Positions 27,626 through 37,180 of a DNA stretch of 64,000 bases are shown here, piece after piece. The translations under genes were made by a program, and so were the position numbers. The stretch covers positions 2,046 through 66,045 of the forward strand of contig CAZVPD010000003.1 in the NCBI GenBank assembly GCA_964628455.1. Direction: 5' to 3'. Below the pieces are notes generated by a model, which saw only the letters and a list, made by a program, of their open reading frames with translations, ran no database searches and was not told the origin of the DNA. Each line of letters starts with the position of its first letter. Position 1 is the first letter of the stretch. This stretch comes from an uncultured Lachnospiraceae bacterium. Its GTDB lineage: Bacteria > Bacillota > Clostridia > Oscillospirales > CAG-272.

Positions 27626-28393
27626 TTATACCGCCACAACCGTCACACCCGCCCCGCGAAGATCCGAAAGATGGTCGGGCGAAGCGCTCGAATTTGTCAC
27701 GATACAATCGGCACAGGTTACGGGAGCTATGTCGGCAAACGCGACGCGTCCGATTTTCGAGTAGTCGGCGGCAATAATAACCGAAGCGGACTGCGCTATC
27801 ATGCGCCTCGATATTTCGGTTTCATTGGCATAATACAGGGTCAGACCGCATTCGCGGTCGATTCCGTCCACCGAAAGCACCAGTTTGTCCGCATGATAGC
27901 AGGACAGCTGACGAAGTGCGTCGTCTCCGTAAGTGAAAAGGAATTTGGGATTGATGAGACCTCCCAGAAGCATGACATTAAAACTTTTATAGGTGGAGGC
28001 TTCCGCTGCGATGGGAAGAGAATTTGTAACCAGAGTCAGATTATGCCTGTTGCGGAGGGCACGCAGCACATAGGTCATGGTGGTTCCCGAATTAAGCATG
28101 ATACTGTCGTTGTCGTGTATCATGGAGGCGACCCTTTCGGCGATAATCTTTTTTTCGGTTTCGTTTGCCGAAAGACGCTCTTTCAGGTCCATCTCATGGT
28201 ATAGCTTGGACGAACTGACGGCACCGCCGTGCACCCTTGACAGCAGTCCCTGAAGGGACAGAAATTCCAGATCTCCCCTCACCGTCACCTCGGAAATACC
28301 GAAGAGGGCACTGAGACTGCTCACCCTGACTTCTCCTTTTTCCCCGAGAAGTTCCAGTATTTTTTCCCGCCGCTGGTCCGCGTTATATTCCAT
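27626..28393 (-). CDS. DeoR/GlpR family transcriptional regulator
   Basis: ORF trimmed to ATG 28393. MEYNADQRREKILELLGEKGEVRVSSLSALFGISEVTVRGDLEFL winged HTH plus a DeoR C-terminal effector domain. Confidence 0.85.
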   Translation of the reverse strand: MEYNADQRREKILELLGEKGEVRVSSLSALFGISEVTVRGDLEFLSLQGLLSRVHGGAVSSSKLYHEMDLKERLSANETEKKIIAERVASMIHDNDSIMLNSGTTMTYVLRALRNRHNLTLVTNSLPIAAEASTYKSFNVMLLGGLINPKFLFTYGDDALRQLSCYHADKLVLSVDGIDRECGLTLYYANETEISRRMIAQSASVIIAADYSKIGRVAFADIAPVTCADCIVTNSSASPDHLSDLRGAGVTVVAV

Positions 28394-28458
28394 CACCCAA
28401 TACCCCCGTGTTTTCAGAACGGATGCACTTAGCATAGCATAATCGCCTTATAATTCTG

Positions 28459-28487
28459 TTGACATTTTGTTAATTTTATGCTATAAT
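28459..28487 (+). promoter_or_regulatory. consensus sigma-A type promoter of the nine-gene operon
   Basis: TTGACA (28459-28464), 17-nt spacer, TATAAT (28482-28487). Divergent from the DeoR gene. Confidence 0.6.
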
Positions 28488-28569
28488 ATTATACGTAAAT
28501 TATCCGAAACCTATACGAAGGCAATATGAAAGAATCCATAAAAAAGATCAGATGTAAAGGGGATATGTT

Positions 28570-30090
28570 ATGTCACAGCTTCTAATCGGATGGGCTCAGC
28601 GCGATGTTTCCACAGAAAAACCGGTTAACATACCGGGACAGTTTCATATGCGGATCTCGCAGGGAATTATGGACCCGCTTTTCGTAAGCGCGCTTGCCGT
28701 CGATGACGGCAGGGACTCGGTCATTTTTTTATCCGCGGACCTTGTTGTCATCCGCTGCTTCCTGCTGGATGAAATCCGGGCGAAAGTAGCCGCGAAAAAT
28801 CCCGCGATCAAAACCGAAAAAATACTTATGAATGCCACGCATGCTCACACCGGAGCAAGCCATTATTCGGATACCGGATGGGTAGACAGCAAATCGAACG
28901 GCAGGTCCGGCGGCGCAATGCCCGATGTGGGTATTAAAATAGCTTCGGGTGATGAATACCGTGACTTTCTGTCAGGGCAGGCGGCGGACGCGGTCTGCGA
29001 AGCCTGGGAAAAAAGGGTTCCCGGCGGTATTGCGTACGGGTACGGCTATGCCGTTGTTTCACACAGCCGCCGCGTGCTTTACTTTGACGACACGTCAAAG
29101 CGTCCCGGAAGCATGGCAACCGGCTACATGGTGAACGGACACGGGGTCATGTACGGAAATACAAACGACGAAAATTTTTCGGGATATGAAGCCGGGTCGG
29201 ACCATTTTATCAATATATTATATACTTTCGATGCCGGCGGAAAACTGACGGGAGCCGTCATCAACGTTCCCAGCCCTTCGCAGAATTCGGAACACGAGCA
29301 TCGTCTGTCGGCCGACTTCTGGCATGACGTCCGCACCGCCATACGTGCCCGGCACGGAAACATCTTTATCCTCCCCCAATGCGCGGCGGGCGGGGATCTT
29401 TCCCCGCGTATTCTGCACTATAAAAAAGCGCAGGACAGAAGATTCCGTTTAAAATACGGAATGAATGAAACCGAACTGGCGGCAAGAAAAGACATCGCGG
29501 AGCGAATTTCCGCCGCTTTCGACGAGGTTTTATCCTGGGCAAAAAACGATATAAAAACCGACGTGAAGGTGAATCACCGGACGGAAACAGTCCTGCTGTC
29601 CAAGCGCCCCATATCGGACGAGGAACTGGCTTTCTGTACGGACGCTTTAAAGAAGCTGAAAGAAGTTCCGTTTAAAACAGAAGGGGCTTCACCCACGGAA
29701 CTGCTGACTTTTAACTCCTCGCTCGAGGCTCAGCGAAACAGATTCGAACGGATTATCCAGCGATACAACGAGTTTGATAAGGAGCCGAAGCTTCCGATGG
29801 AACTTCATGTGCTTCATATCGGCGATATCGCCTTTGCATCCAACCGTTTTGAACTGTATATGGACTTCATGCACCGCATACAGGCGCGTTCTCCTTTCGA
29901 GCAGACTTTTATTGTGCAGCTTGCAGGCGTTCCCGGACCCGACGGCGGATCCTATCTCGCCACCGAACGCGGTGCGGAAAACAAAGGATACAGCGCCTGT
30001 CTTTTCTGCAATGTTGTGTCACCGGAGGGCGGTCAGGAACTTGTTGAGGAAACACTTAAGCTTCTTAATGAAATAAAAAAAATATCCTGA
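28570..30090 (+). CDS. hypothetical protein with neutral/alkaline ceramidase N-terminal-like domain
   Basis: 506 aa. The N-terminal pattern IGWAQRDVS...DPLFVSALAVDDGRDSVIFLSADLVVI and NATHAHTGASHY resembles the Ceramidase_alk family. No signal peptide. Confidence 0.5.
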   Translation: MSQLLIGWAQRDVSTEKPVNIPGQFHMRISQGIMDPLFVSALAVDDGRDSVIFLSADLVVIRCFLLDEIRAKVAAKNPAIKTEKILMNATHAHTGASHYSDTGWVDSKSNGRSGGAMPDVGIKIASGDEYRDFLSGQAADAVCEAWEKRVPGGIAYGYGYAVVSHSRRVLYFDDTSKRPGSMATGYMVNGHGVMYGNTNDENFSGYEAGSDHFINILYTFDAGGKLTGAVINVPSPSQNSEHEHRLSADFWHDVRTAIRARHGNIFILPQCAAGGDLSPRILHYKKAQDRRFRLKYGMNETELAARKDIAERISAAFDEVLSWAKNDIKTDVKVNHRTETVLLSKRPISDEELAFCTDALKKLKEVPFKTEGASPTELLTFNSSLEAQRNRFERIIQRYNEFDKEPKLPMELHVLHIGDIAFASNRFELYMDFMHRIQARSPFEQTFIVQLAGVPGPDGGSYLATERGAENKGYSACLFCNVVSPEGGQELVEETLKLLNEIKKIS

Positions 30091-30141
30091 TTATCATCCG
30101 GCCTGAAACAACACCCGGACTCAGCAAGGAGAAGAACCGAC

Positions 30142-31497
30142 ATGATAAAATCACCTTCCGTCGCTTTTGCCGGATTCGGCGAAATCAATACGCCGCGCGA
30201 TATTCTCGTCCGAAAGTGCTCCAAAGCCGCGCAAAACCTTCTGGATCTTGGACTTGAACTGCGCACCGTATACCCGATCACCGACGATCCCGATGAAAAA
30301 GATATAAAAAATGCAGTTGCGGAATTTAAAACTTTTGATTTTGACGTGCTTATACTGTGTATTGCCGGATGGATCCCCTCTCACGCCGTTATAAAAGTTG
30401 CCGAAGAATTCAGGCATCTGCCGATGGTGCTGTGGGGGCTTTGCGGCTGGGAAGAAGACGGACGCCTGATAACAACGGCGGACCAGGCGGGAACGACGGC
30501 GCTGCGCAAAACAATGTCCGATATCGGTTATAGTTTCCGTTTTGTTTACGAGATCGCCGGACTTCCCTCCCGTGCTCCCCGTGTCGCCGATTACTGTGCC
30601 GCGGCTTCCGCCGCAAAAACGCTTCGCCGTACCAAAGCGGGGATGATGGGCTACCGTGATATGAATCTCTACGGCACATTGTATGACGGTCCATCGCTGA
30701 AACGCACGACAGGCGTAGAAATCGAAACTTTTGAGATGCTTGAAGTTGAGCAGCGATATCGGTCGGTTTCGGAAGAAGAGATCAGCGATATTATAAACGG
30801 TCATATTAAAAAATGGCGATTTCTGAAGGAAGCCGACCCTTCTTCTCTCCGCAAAGCCGCGGGATATTATATCGCCGTCCGCGATATCGCACGCATGCGC
30901 GGCTACAAGGCGGTTTCGCTGAAGGATGTCGACGGAATGAAAAAGCTGCTCGGATATCCGCCGGCCCCTGTTTTCATGCTGCTTGCGGATATCGACGGCA
31001 TCTGCGTCGTACCCGAAAATGATTCCCTGGGCTGCGTCACACAGCTGATTATAAAAGAACTGATCGGCCAGTGCGGCTGCTATCTGGAATTTTACGAGTT
31101 CTTCGCGGACAGGGTGCTTGCCGGAGTTCCCGACTTTATCCCCGCCGAGGTTACGGAAGGGGAAACAACCGTGATCCCCGCGGCTTTCGGCGAACTGTCG
31201 CAGGGTATCCTCAATGTATCGGAACTGAAGGAAGGCGAGCTGACCATGTGCCGTCTTTCCTATACAGGCGGTAAATATTCGATGCACATGCTTCTCTGCA
31301 GAGGCGTGCGCCCGCGCAGATGGGAAGAAGCCGGCTGGACGCAGCCGGCACCCCGCCTGCCGGCTCTTGAAATTCTTCTAGACGACGTCGGGGCATTTGC
31401 AGAGAAAGTCACGTCGCAGCATTATTTCATATGCTACGGGGACAACACGCGCCGTATCACGGATCTGTGCTCCATACTCGGAATCGATGTCTGCTGA
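30142..31497 (+). CDS. L-fucose/L-arabinose isomerase family-like protein
   Basis: 451 aa. N-terminal VAFAGFGEINTPRD..., an ILCIAGWIPSHAV region and C-terminal HYFICYGDNTRRITDLCSILGIDV resemble FucI/AraA-related (COG2407-type) proteins. Confidence 0.55.
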   Translation: MIKSPSVAFAGFGEINTPRDILVRKCSKAAQNLLDLGLELRTVYPITDDPDEKDIKNAVAEFKTFDFDVLILCIAGWIPSHAVIKVAEEFRHLPMVLWGLCGWEEDGRLITTADQAGTTALRKTMSDIGYSFRFVYEIAGLPSRAPRVADYCAAASAAKTLRRTKAGMMGYRDMNLYGTLYDGPSLKRTTGVEIETFEMLEVEQRYRSVSEEEISDIINGHIKKWRFLKEADPSSLRKAAGYYIAVRDIARMRGYKAVSLKDVDGMKKLLGYPPAPVFMLLADIDGICVVPENDSLGCVTQLIIKELIGQCGCYLEFYEFFADRVLAGVPDFIPAEVTEGETTVIPAAFGELSQGILNVSELKEGELTMCRLSYTGGKYSMHMLLCRGVRPRRWEEAGWTQPAPRLPALEILLDDVGAFAEKVTSQHYFICYGDNTRRITDLCSILGIDVC

Positions 31498-31530
31498 ATA
31501 AAAGAAATCCACCCGGACCGGAGGAAAATC

Positions 31531-33705
31531 ATGCTGCCGATTTATAAAAATCCGGAAGTATCGGAAACCGAACGTGCCGCCGACCTGCTGTCGAGGATGA
31601 CCACAGCCGAAAAACTCGCGCAGATGGTCATGAGGGGCAGCATTGCCGACCTGAGGCGAATGGCCGAAGCGGGAGAACTGCCCGAGACGGGCGTCAGCTG
31701 CGTTTATGTCTCCCAGCCTGTATCAACCGATACGCTCGATTATATACAGCGCTGTCTGGTCGAAAAAACCCGGCTGGGTATTCCCATGATCGTCATGGGC
31801 GAATCGCTGCACGGAGCCATGATTGCCGGAGCGACGGTTTTCCCGCAGGCTATCGGCATGGGGGCCACTTTCAGCAAGCCCCTCATGAGCGAAGCGGCCG
31901 CGCATATAGGCGCCGAAGTGCGCGCATCCGGGGTGCGTCAGACCTATGCGCCCAATCTTGACCTTTCACGCGACCCGAGGTGGGGCCGAACGGAGGAAAA
32001 CTTCGGTGAGGACCCGTATCTTACTTCGCGGATGGGCGTCGCTTATATAAAAGCCCTTCAGTCGAAGGGAGTCGCTTCTTCTCCGAAACACTATATCGCG
32101 CACGGTTCTCCCGAAGGGGGGATCAACATCGCTCCGGTTCACATCGGACTGCGTGAATTTTATGAAAATATGTTCGAACCGTTCTGCGCCGCATTCAAAG
32201 AAGCGGGTGCTATGTCTGTTATGCCGGCATACAGCGAATTTGACGGCATACCGGTCCACGCGTCGCGTTTTTTCCTGACCGACGTCCTCAGGGGGGAAAT
32301 GGGCTTTGACGGATTTACGGTATCTGATTTCGGTGCCGTTTATATGCTGATGAGCGCCCATCATACCGCCGCCGATGCCCTTGAAGCGGGGAAAGCGGTC
32401 CTTGACGCCGGCCTTGATCTCGAAGCGCCCGGCGCTTTCGGTTTCGGCGGGGATTTCGGGCGTGCCGTCGAAAACGGCGAGGTCGATATGGTGAAAATCG
32501 ATGAAGCGGTTCTGCGTATCCTGCGGATTAAAATCAGGCTGGGGCTTTTCGAAAATCCGTATACTGGCTCCGGAGCTCCTTTTCATACCGCCGAAGCAGC
32601 CTCCTGCGCCCTTCGCTGCGCGCATGAATCGATCGTATTGCTCGAAAACAACGGCATTTTACCCCTTAGCGGCAATATAAAAAAGATTGCTCTGGTCGGT
32701 CCGAACGCAGACAGCGCGCAGCTTGGGGACTACACCGCCCCCGAAGCGGCAAAACGGGCTGTGACGCTGCGTGCCGCGCTTGAATCGAGGCTGGGCAGCA
32801 GCCGGGTGCTCTACGAACGCGGCTGCAATATCGGTTCCGGAGATGAAGCCATGCTCGGCCGTGCCGTATCCGCCGCAAAAGAAGCGGGCATTTGCATTGC
32901 GGTTTTAGGCGACAACAGCAATTATTACGGCGGGGTCGGCTGGGGCAGTCCCGAAGACACGGGAACCGTGACCTGCGGCGAGGGGTTTGACCTGTCTTCT
33001 CTTTCCCTGCCCGAACCGCAGAAAAAGCTGATTCGCGCAATCCGCGGCGCGGGCGTTCCCGTTATATGCATACTGGTTACCGGACGGCCGTATGCCGTCG
33101 GAGAGGAGGCTTCCCTTTCGGACGCGCTGCTTGAAGCCTGGTATCCCGGAGAACACGGCGGGACGGCCATTGCGGACATCCTGTTCGGCGATGTCTGTCC
33201 GTCCGGGCGGCTTCCGATCTCTTTTCCCCGTTCCGCGGGTCATCTCCCCTGCTTTTACAATCACAAGGTTTCCGCGCGGGGTTTTTACAGGCAGCCGGGA
33301 TCACCGGAAAAAGCAGGCCGCGATTATGTTTTTGATACCCCCGAGGCTCTCTATCCATTCGGATACGGGCTTAGTTACACATCGTTTGCCTACGGCGGTC
33401 TGAAAGCCGAAGTAAACGGCACGGACGCCACCGTCTTCGTTGAGGTCAGAAATACGGGTTTGTGTGCGGGTGCCGAGGCAGTATTGCTTTTTCTACGCTG
33501 CCATAAAAGCCGTATAACGCCGTTTGTGCGCCGTCTGCGCGGTTTTGAAAAGGTGTTCCTCAAACCGGGAGAAAGCGCCGTGTTAACCTTTAAACTCGAT
33601 GCAGCGGATTTTTCGTTTATAAACGAAAAATACTGCCGTGAAACGGGTTACGGCAGATACACCGTTATGATAGGAGATAAAAACATTGAAATCGACATCG
33701 TATGA
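31531..33705 (+). CDS. glycoside hydrolase family 3 (beta-glucosidase/BglX-like)
   Basis: 724 aa. Contains KLAQMVM, GIPMIVMGESLHG, SRDPRWGRTEENFGEDPYL and FTVSDFGAV (nucleophile region), plus a C-terminal Fn3-like domain. Confidence 0.9.
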   Translation: MLPIYKNPEVSETERAADLLSRMTTAEKLAQMVMRGSIADLRRMAEAGELPETGVSCVYVSQPVSTDTLDYIQRCLVEKTRLGIPMIVMGESLHGAMIAGATVFPQAIGMGATFSKPLMSEAAAHIGAEVRASGVRQTYAPNLDLSRDPRWGRTEENFGEDPYLTSRMGVAYIKALQSKGVASSPKHYIAHGSPEGGINIAPVHIGLREFYENMFEPFCAAFKEAGAMSVMPAYSEFDGIPVHASRFFLTDVLRGEMGFDGFTVSDFGAVYMLMSAHHTAADALEAGKAVLDAGLDLEAPGAFGFGGDFGRAVENGEVDMVKIDEAVLRILRIKIRLGLFENPYTGSGAPFHTAEAASCALRCAHESIVLLENNGILPLSGNIKKIALVGPNADSAQLGDYTAPEAAKRAVTLRAALESRLGSSRVLYERGCNIGSGDEAMLGRAVSAAKEAGICIAVLGDNSNYYGGVGWGSPEDTGTVTCGEGFDLSSLSLPEPQKKLIRAIRGAGVPVICILVTGRPYAVGEEASLSDALLEAWYPGEHGGTAIADILFGDVCPSGRLPISFPRSAGHLPCFYNHKVSARGFYRQPGSPEKAGRDYVFDTPEALYPFGYGLSYTSFAYGGLKAEVNGTDATVFVEVRNTGLCAGAEAVLLFLRCHKSRITPFVRRLRGFEKVFLKPGESAVLTFKLDAADFSFINEKYCRETGYGRYTVMIGDKNIEIDIV

Positions 33706-34300
33706 AGCGGCTGTCGCTTCGGTTGCTATAGAAACCGAAGCTGTCGGTTCTGTTTTAAGCAGCGTGGACCGCACGTCTTTCGCGCGTGCGGTGGATGCCC
33801 TGGCTTTCTGTCCCAGAATTATGACCTGCGCGTCCGGTTCGTCCGGCATTGCGGCGAAAAAATTTTCACACTCGCTCTGCTGCATCGAAAGAGGAGCCAT
33901 GTTCATGCCGCCTTCCGAAGCGGTCCACGGAGGACTCGGGGGACTCAAGCGCGAAGACTGTCTCGTTATGGTATCCCGCGGGGGGAAAACGTCCGAACTC
34001 TTGCCGATTATCGACGTCTGCAAAAAAAAAGGCGCATTGCTGATTGCGGTAACCGAAAACACCGATTCTCCGCTGGCACAAAGCGCCGATATTCTCTTGA
34101 AACTTTCGGTCGCCAAAGAAAGCGACAAACTGGGAGTCATGGCGACCGCAAGCTTTATGGCGACCGTTGCGCTGTTTGACGCTCTGCTCTGTGCGCTGAT
34201 AGAGGAAACAGGTTATACGCGGGAACAGTTCGGCCTTATACATCCGGGCGGTGCCGTGGGCGAAATGCTCAGCCGCAAAGAAACTCCGCTGCCCAAATGA
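33686..34300 (+). CDS. SIS (sugar isomerase) domain protein
   Basis: 204 aa. TTG start with AGGAG 8 nt upstream, overlapping the GH3 stop by 20 nt. Contains CASGSSGIAAKKF, VMVSRGGKTSEL, LIAVTENTDSPLA. Confidence 0.75.
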   Translation: MKSTSYEAAVASVAIETEAVGSVLSSVDRTSFARAVDALAFCPRIMTCASGSSGIAAKKFSHSLCCIERGAMFMPPSEAVHGGLGGLKREDCLVMVSRGGKTSELLPIIDVCKKKGALLIAVTENTDSPLAQSADILLKLSVAKESDKLGVMATASFMATVALFDALLCALIEETGYTREQFGLIHPGGAVGEMLSRKETPLPK

Positions 34301-34316
34301 GCATTAAGGAGCATGT

Positions 34317-35042
34317 ATGTATAAAAATTATAAGATACGCCCCCCTTTCTTTGAAATAGGTCCGAAGGCCTATCTGTACGGCGAGAACATGCTGAAACTC
34401 GCGCTCGCCGTCGACGCCTCCGCCGGACGCTATGACGTCGATGTGATCGTCACACCTCAGTATACGGATATCCGGCTTCTGGCCGAACATACCCGGAGGA
34501 TACACGTATACGCCCAGCATATGGACTTTCTGCCCCCGGGCAGGGGTCTCGGTTCGGTGCTCCCGGAAGCCGTAAAAGCTGCGGGCGCCGTCGGCGTCAT
34601 GCTGAACCACGCCGAGAAAAAACTGACGCTTGAGGAAATCGAAAAAACAATCGCCCGGGCTGACGAAGTCGGGCTGGCTACCATCGTATGCGCGGATACG
34701 CTCGAAGAAATCGAAGCCGTCGCGCGCATGTCCCCCAATCTGATCGTCGCGGAACCGACAGCTCTTATAGGAACAGGCGTAACCAGCGATTCGGATTATG
34801 TAACAGGCACCATTGAGATCGTCAGGCGCATCAATCCCGAAATAATGGTGCTGCAGGGGGCCGGGATCAAAGACGGCAGCGACGTTTACCGGGTCATCGC
34901 CGCGGGAGCACAGGCCACGGGTTCAACCAGCGGTATCATCAAAGCGCCGGACCCTGCGGTCATGGCAGACGAAATGCTGGCTGCGCTGCGCCGCGCATGG
35001 GATGAGCGCACCGGCGGGAACCGGCGGAAAGCCGGCACCTAA
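34317..35042 (+). CDS. triose-phosphate isomerase family protein (short, archaeal-like paralog)
   Basis: 241 aa. Contains FEIGPKAYLYG (Lys), MLNHAEKK (His) and IVAEPTALIGTG (Glu plus phosphate loop). Confidence 0.7.
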   Translation: MYKNYKIRPPFFEIGPKAYLYGENMLKLALAVDASAGRYDVDVIVTPQYTDIRLLAEHTRRIHVYAQHMDFLPPGRGLGSVLPEAVKAAGAVGVMLNHAEKKLTLEEIEKTIARADEVGLATIVCADTLEEIEAVARMSPNLIVAEPTALIGTGVTSDSDYVTGTIEIVRRINPEIMVLQGAGIKDGSDVYRVIAAGAQATGSTSGIIKAPDPAVMADEMLAALRRAWDERTGGNRRKAGT

Positions 35043-35081
35043 AGGATATGCTTTTAATTTACGGATAAAGGAGTAGGCAGA

Positions 35082-35582
35082 ATGGCAGTTTACAGAGGAA
35101 CGGTAAAACTTCAGTCGCACGACCATATGCCCTGTTTTCACAATATAACCGGCGAAGTCAGAAAGATCGCGGCCGAATCGGGAATAAAAAACGGGATCTG
35201 CGTCGTTTATTCTCATCACACCACCTGTTCGGTGATGACGCAGGAATGTTCGCATGATCTGAATTTTTTCGGGCGTGAATACCTGCAGATGGACCTGATC
35301 GAAATTATGGAAAAACTTATCCCGACCTGCCGCACCGAAGGACAGTATCACCATCCCGGTCCGAAACACATCGATTTTGCGCTGACTTTTCCCGACGAGG
35401 AGCCGAAAGGCAGTTTAAACACAGACGCGCACCTGCGCTCCTGCTTTTTCGGCCGTTCGGAGACCATCGTTTTAAACGACGGCGTTCTGTCCCTCGGTGA
35501 TTTCGGATTTATTTATTTTATCGACTGGGATCAGGTCCGCGAACGCGAACGCGTATGCGAAATTCAGATCATCGGAGAATAA
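35082..35582 (+). CDS. YjbQ/UPF0047 family protein (secondary thiamine-phosphate synthase family)
   Basis: 166 aa, AAGGAG RBS. Contains CFHNITGEVRKI and GICVVYSHHTTCSVMTQE. Confidence 0.8.
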   Translation: MAVYRGTVKLQSHDHMPCFHNITGEVRKIAAESGIKNGICVVYSHHTTCSVMTQECSHDLNFFGREYLQMDLIEIMEKLIPTCRTEGQYHHPGPKHIDFALTFPDEEPKGSLNTDAHLRSCFFGRSETIVLNDGVLSLGDFGFIYFIDWDQVRERERVCEIQIIGE

Positions 35583-35622
35583 CCCTACGAGCCTTCTTAC
35601 ATTTAATACAGGGGGATTGATT

Positions 35623-37131
35623 ATGAAAAGGAGTATCCTGCAGCAGATCATTGTTCTGTTTCTTTGCCTTCTGACTGTCCTGCCCGCACTTTCCTGCGCG
35701 GAAAAAACCGGCACTGTTCCTTCGGATCTGTCAGACACAGCGGCGGCCGAAACGGAACCGCCGGAAGAAACCCGCGCTGTGGCCAATCTGCCGGAAACAG
35801 ATTTCGCGGGAAGAGCTTTCCGGATATTCGGGCGTGAAAATACAACCTATCCGCAATTTACAAACTTCGAATTTTATGCCGAAAGCGAAAACGGAGAGGT
35901 GGTCAACGATGCCGTTTTTGCCCGCAACCGGACAATAGAAGAGAAATATAATATTAAAGTCGAACAGAACCTGCTGGACGACACAACGGGGCATATCAAG
36001 AAAACCGTTACTTCCGCCGATGATGCCTACGATATTGCGGCACTGCATAATTTTACAAGCGTTTCCTCCCTGTCCATGGGCGGATATCTGACCGACTTCA
36101 ATGCAGTAAACAACATCGACTTTTCCATGCCCTGGTGGAATACCGATGTGAATGCCTCGCTTTCATTTGCCGGAAAGCTTTATTATACGACAAGCGACTA
36201 TCTGCTGCTCGATAAGCAGAGGACCTATATTCTGATCTTCAATAAAAAAATCATGGAGGATTATTCCCTGGGAAATTTGTATCAGCTGGCTTTCGACGGC
36301 AAATGGACGACGGACGCCATGCTTTCCATGATCACAAAGGTATCTACCGACCTGGACGGGGACGGCAAGATGACCGATCTTGACATGTACGGCCTCGGGA
36401 TGGATTCGTATCTTTCGTTTTACGTTTTCTATGCGGCGATGGGCGGTACGATGGTGGGCCGCGACGAAAATGACCTGCCGATTCTTGCTATGAACAACGA
36501 ACATAATATCTCCGTCATCGAAAAAGCGATGGCCCTGACCTGCAATACGGATATCGCGTTTTTCTGCAATGATTATAACGGCAAGGTGTCATATGATTTC
36601 TGGTCGGTCATGGGCAATATGTTCAACGCGGGACGCGAACTGTTCATGTCCGCGTTTCCTCATTCGTTAAAAACGATTTCCGCAAATACCGATGTGAATT
36701 TCGATTACGGCGTCATCCCCTTTCCGAAATTCGACGAAGCGCAGGAAAAATATCTCACGGTCCCCGACAACTACCACTCCATGGTACTGACGATCCCCAC
36801 AAGCAACCTCGACACGGACTTCGCTGGATTTATGCTCGAGGCGTTTTCGGCGGAATCCGCTTATACGACGCTGCCGGCCTATTATGAGGTTTCCACCAAA
36901 ACCAAATATACCTACGATGAGGAAAGCGCAAAAATGCTGGATATCATCTTTGACGGCATCACATACGACCTCGGCGCCATCTATGACTGGGGTGCGATCA
37001 ATACGCTGCTCAAGGACACCATCCCCAATAAGAAAGAGAATATTTTCGCATCGGAATACGCCAAACGCGAACCGAAGGCGCTGACTGCCCTGCAGAAAAC
37101 CATCGACGAGTATCTTTTGATCGCGGAATGA
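35623..37131 (+). CDS. extracellular solute-binding lipoprotein, orphan
   Basis: ORF trimmed to ATG 35623 (MKRSILQQIIVLFLCLLTVLPALSC lipobox). Blocks VVNDAVFARN, MPWWN, DLDGDG, IPFPKFDE, LPAYYE, MLDII. Confidence 0.8.
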   Translation: MKRSILQQIIVLFLCLLTVLPALSCAEKTGTVPSDLSDTAAAETEPPEETRAVANLPETDFAGRAFRIFGRENTTYPQFTNFEFYAESENGEVVNDAVFARNRTIEEKYNIKVEQNLLDDTTGHIKKTVTSADDAYDIAALHNFTSVSSLSMGGYLTDFNAVNNIDFSMPWWNTDVNASLSFAGKLYYTTSDYLLLDKQRTYILIFNKKIMEDYSLGNLYQLAFDGKWTTDAMLSMITKVSTDLDGDGKMTDLDMYGLGMDSYLSFYVFYAAMGGTMVGRDENDLPILAMNNEHNISVIEKAMALTCNTDIAFFCNDYNGKVSYDFWSVMGNMFNAGRELFMSAFPHSLKTISANTDVNFDYGVIPFPKFDEAQEKYLTVPDNYHSMVLTIPTSNLDTDFAGFMLEAFSAESAYTTLPAYYEVSTKTKYTYDEESAKMLDIIFDGITYDLGAIYDWGAINTLLKDTIPNKKENIFASEYAKREPKALTALQKTIDEYLLIAE

Positions 37132-37180
37132 CCGGATCTTTCCGGATATTTCAAAGTTCAATAACGAAAGGCTGCCGACT

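Noticed and set aside
28526-28585. 19-codon ORF (MKESIKKIRCKGDMLCHSF) in the leader of the nine-gene operon, overlapping the first gene start
   Set aside because: It has only a weak GAAGG RBS and no recognisable leader-peptide logic (no codon runs). It cannot be supported without conservation data.
30151-31287. 378-aa ORF antisense to the FucI-like gene
   Set aside because: Shadow ORF. The sense strand fits the tight + strand operon spacing and has an AAGGAG RBS.
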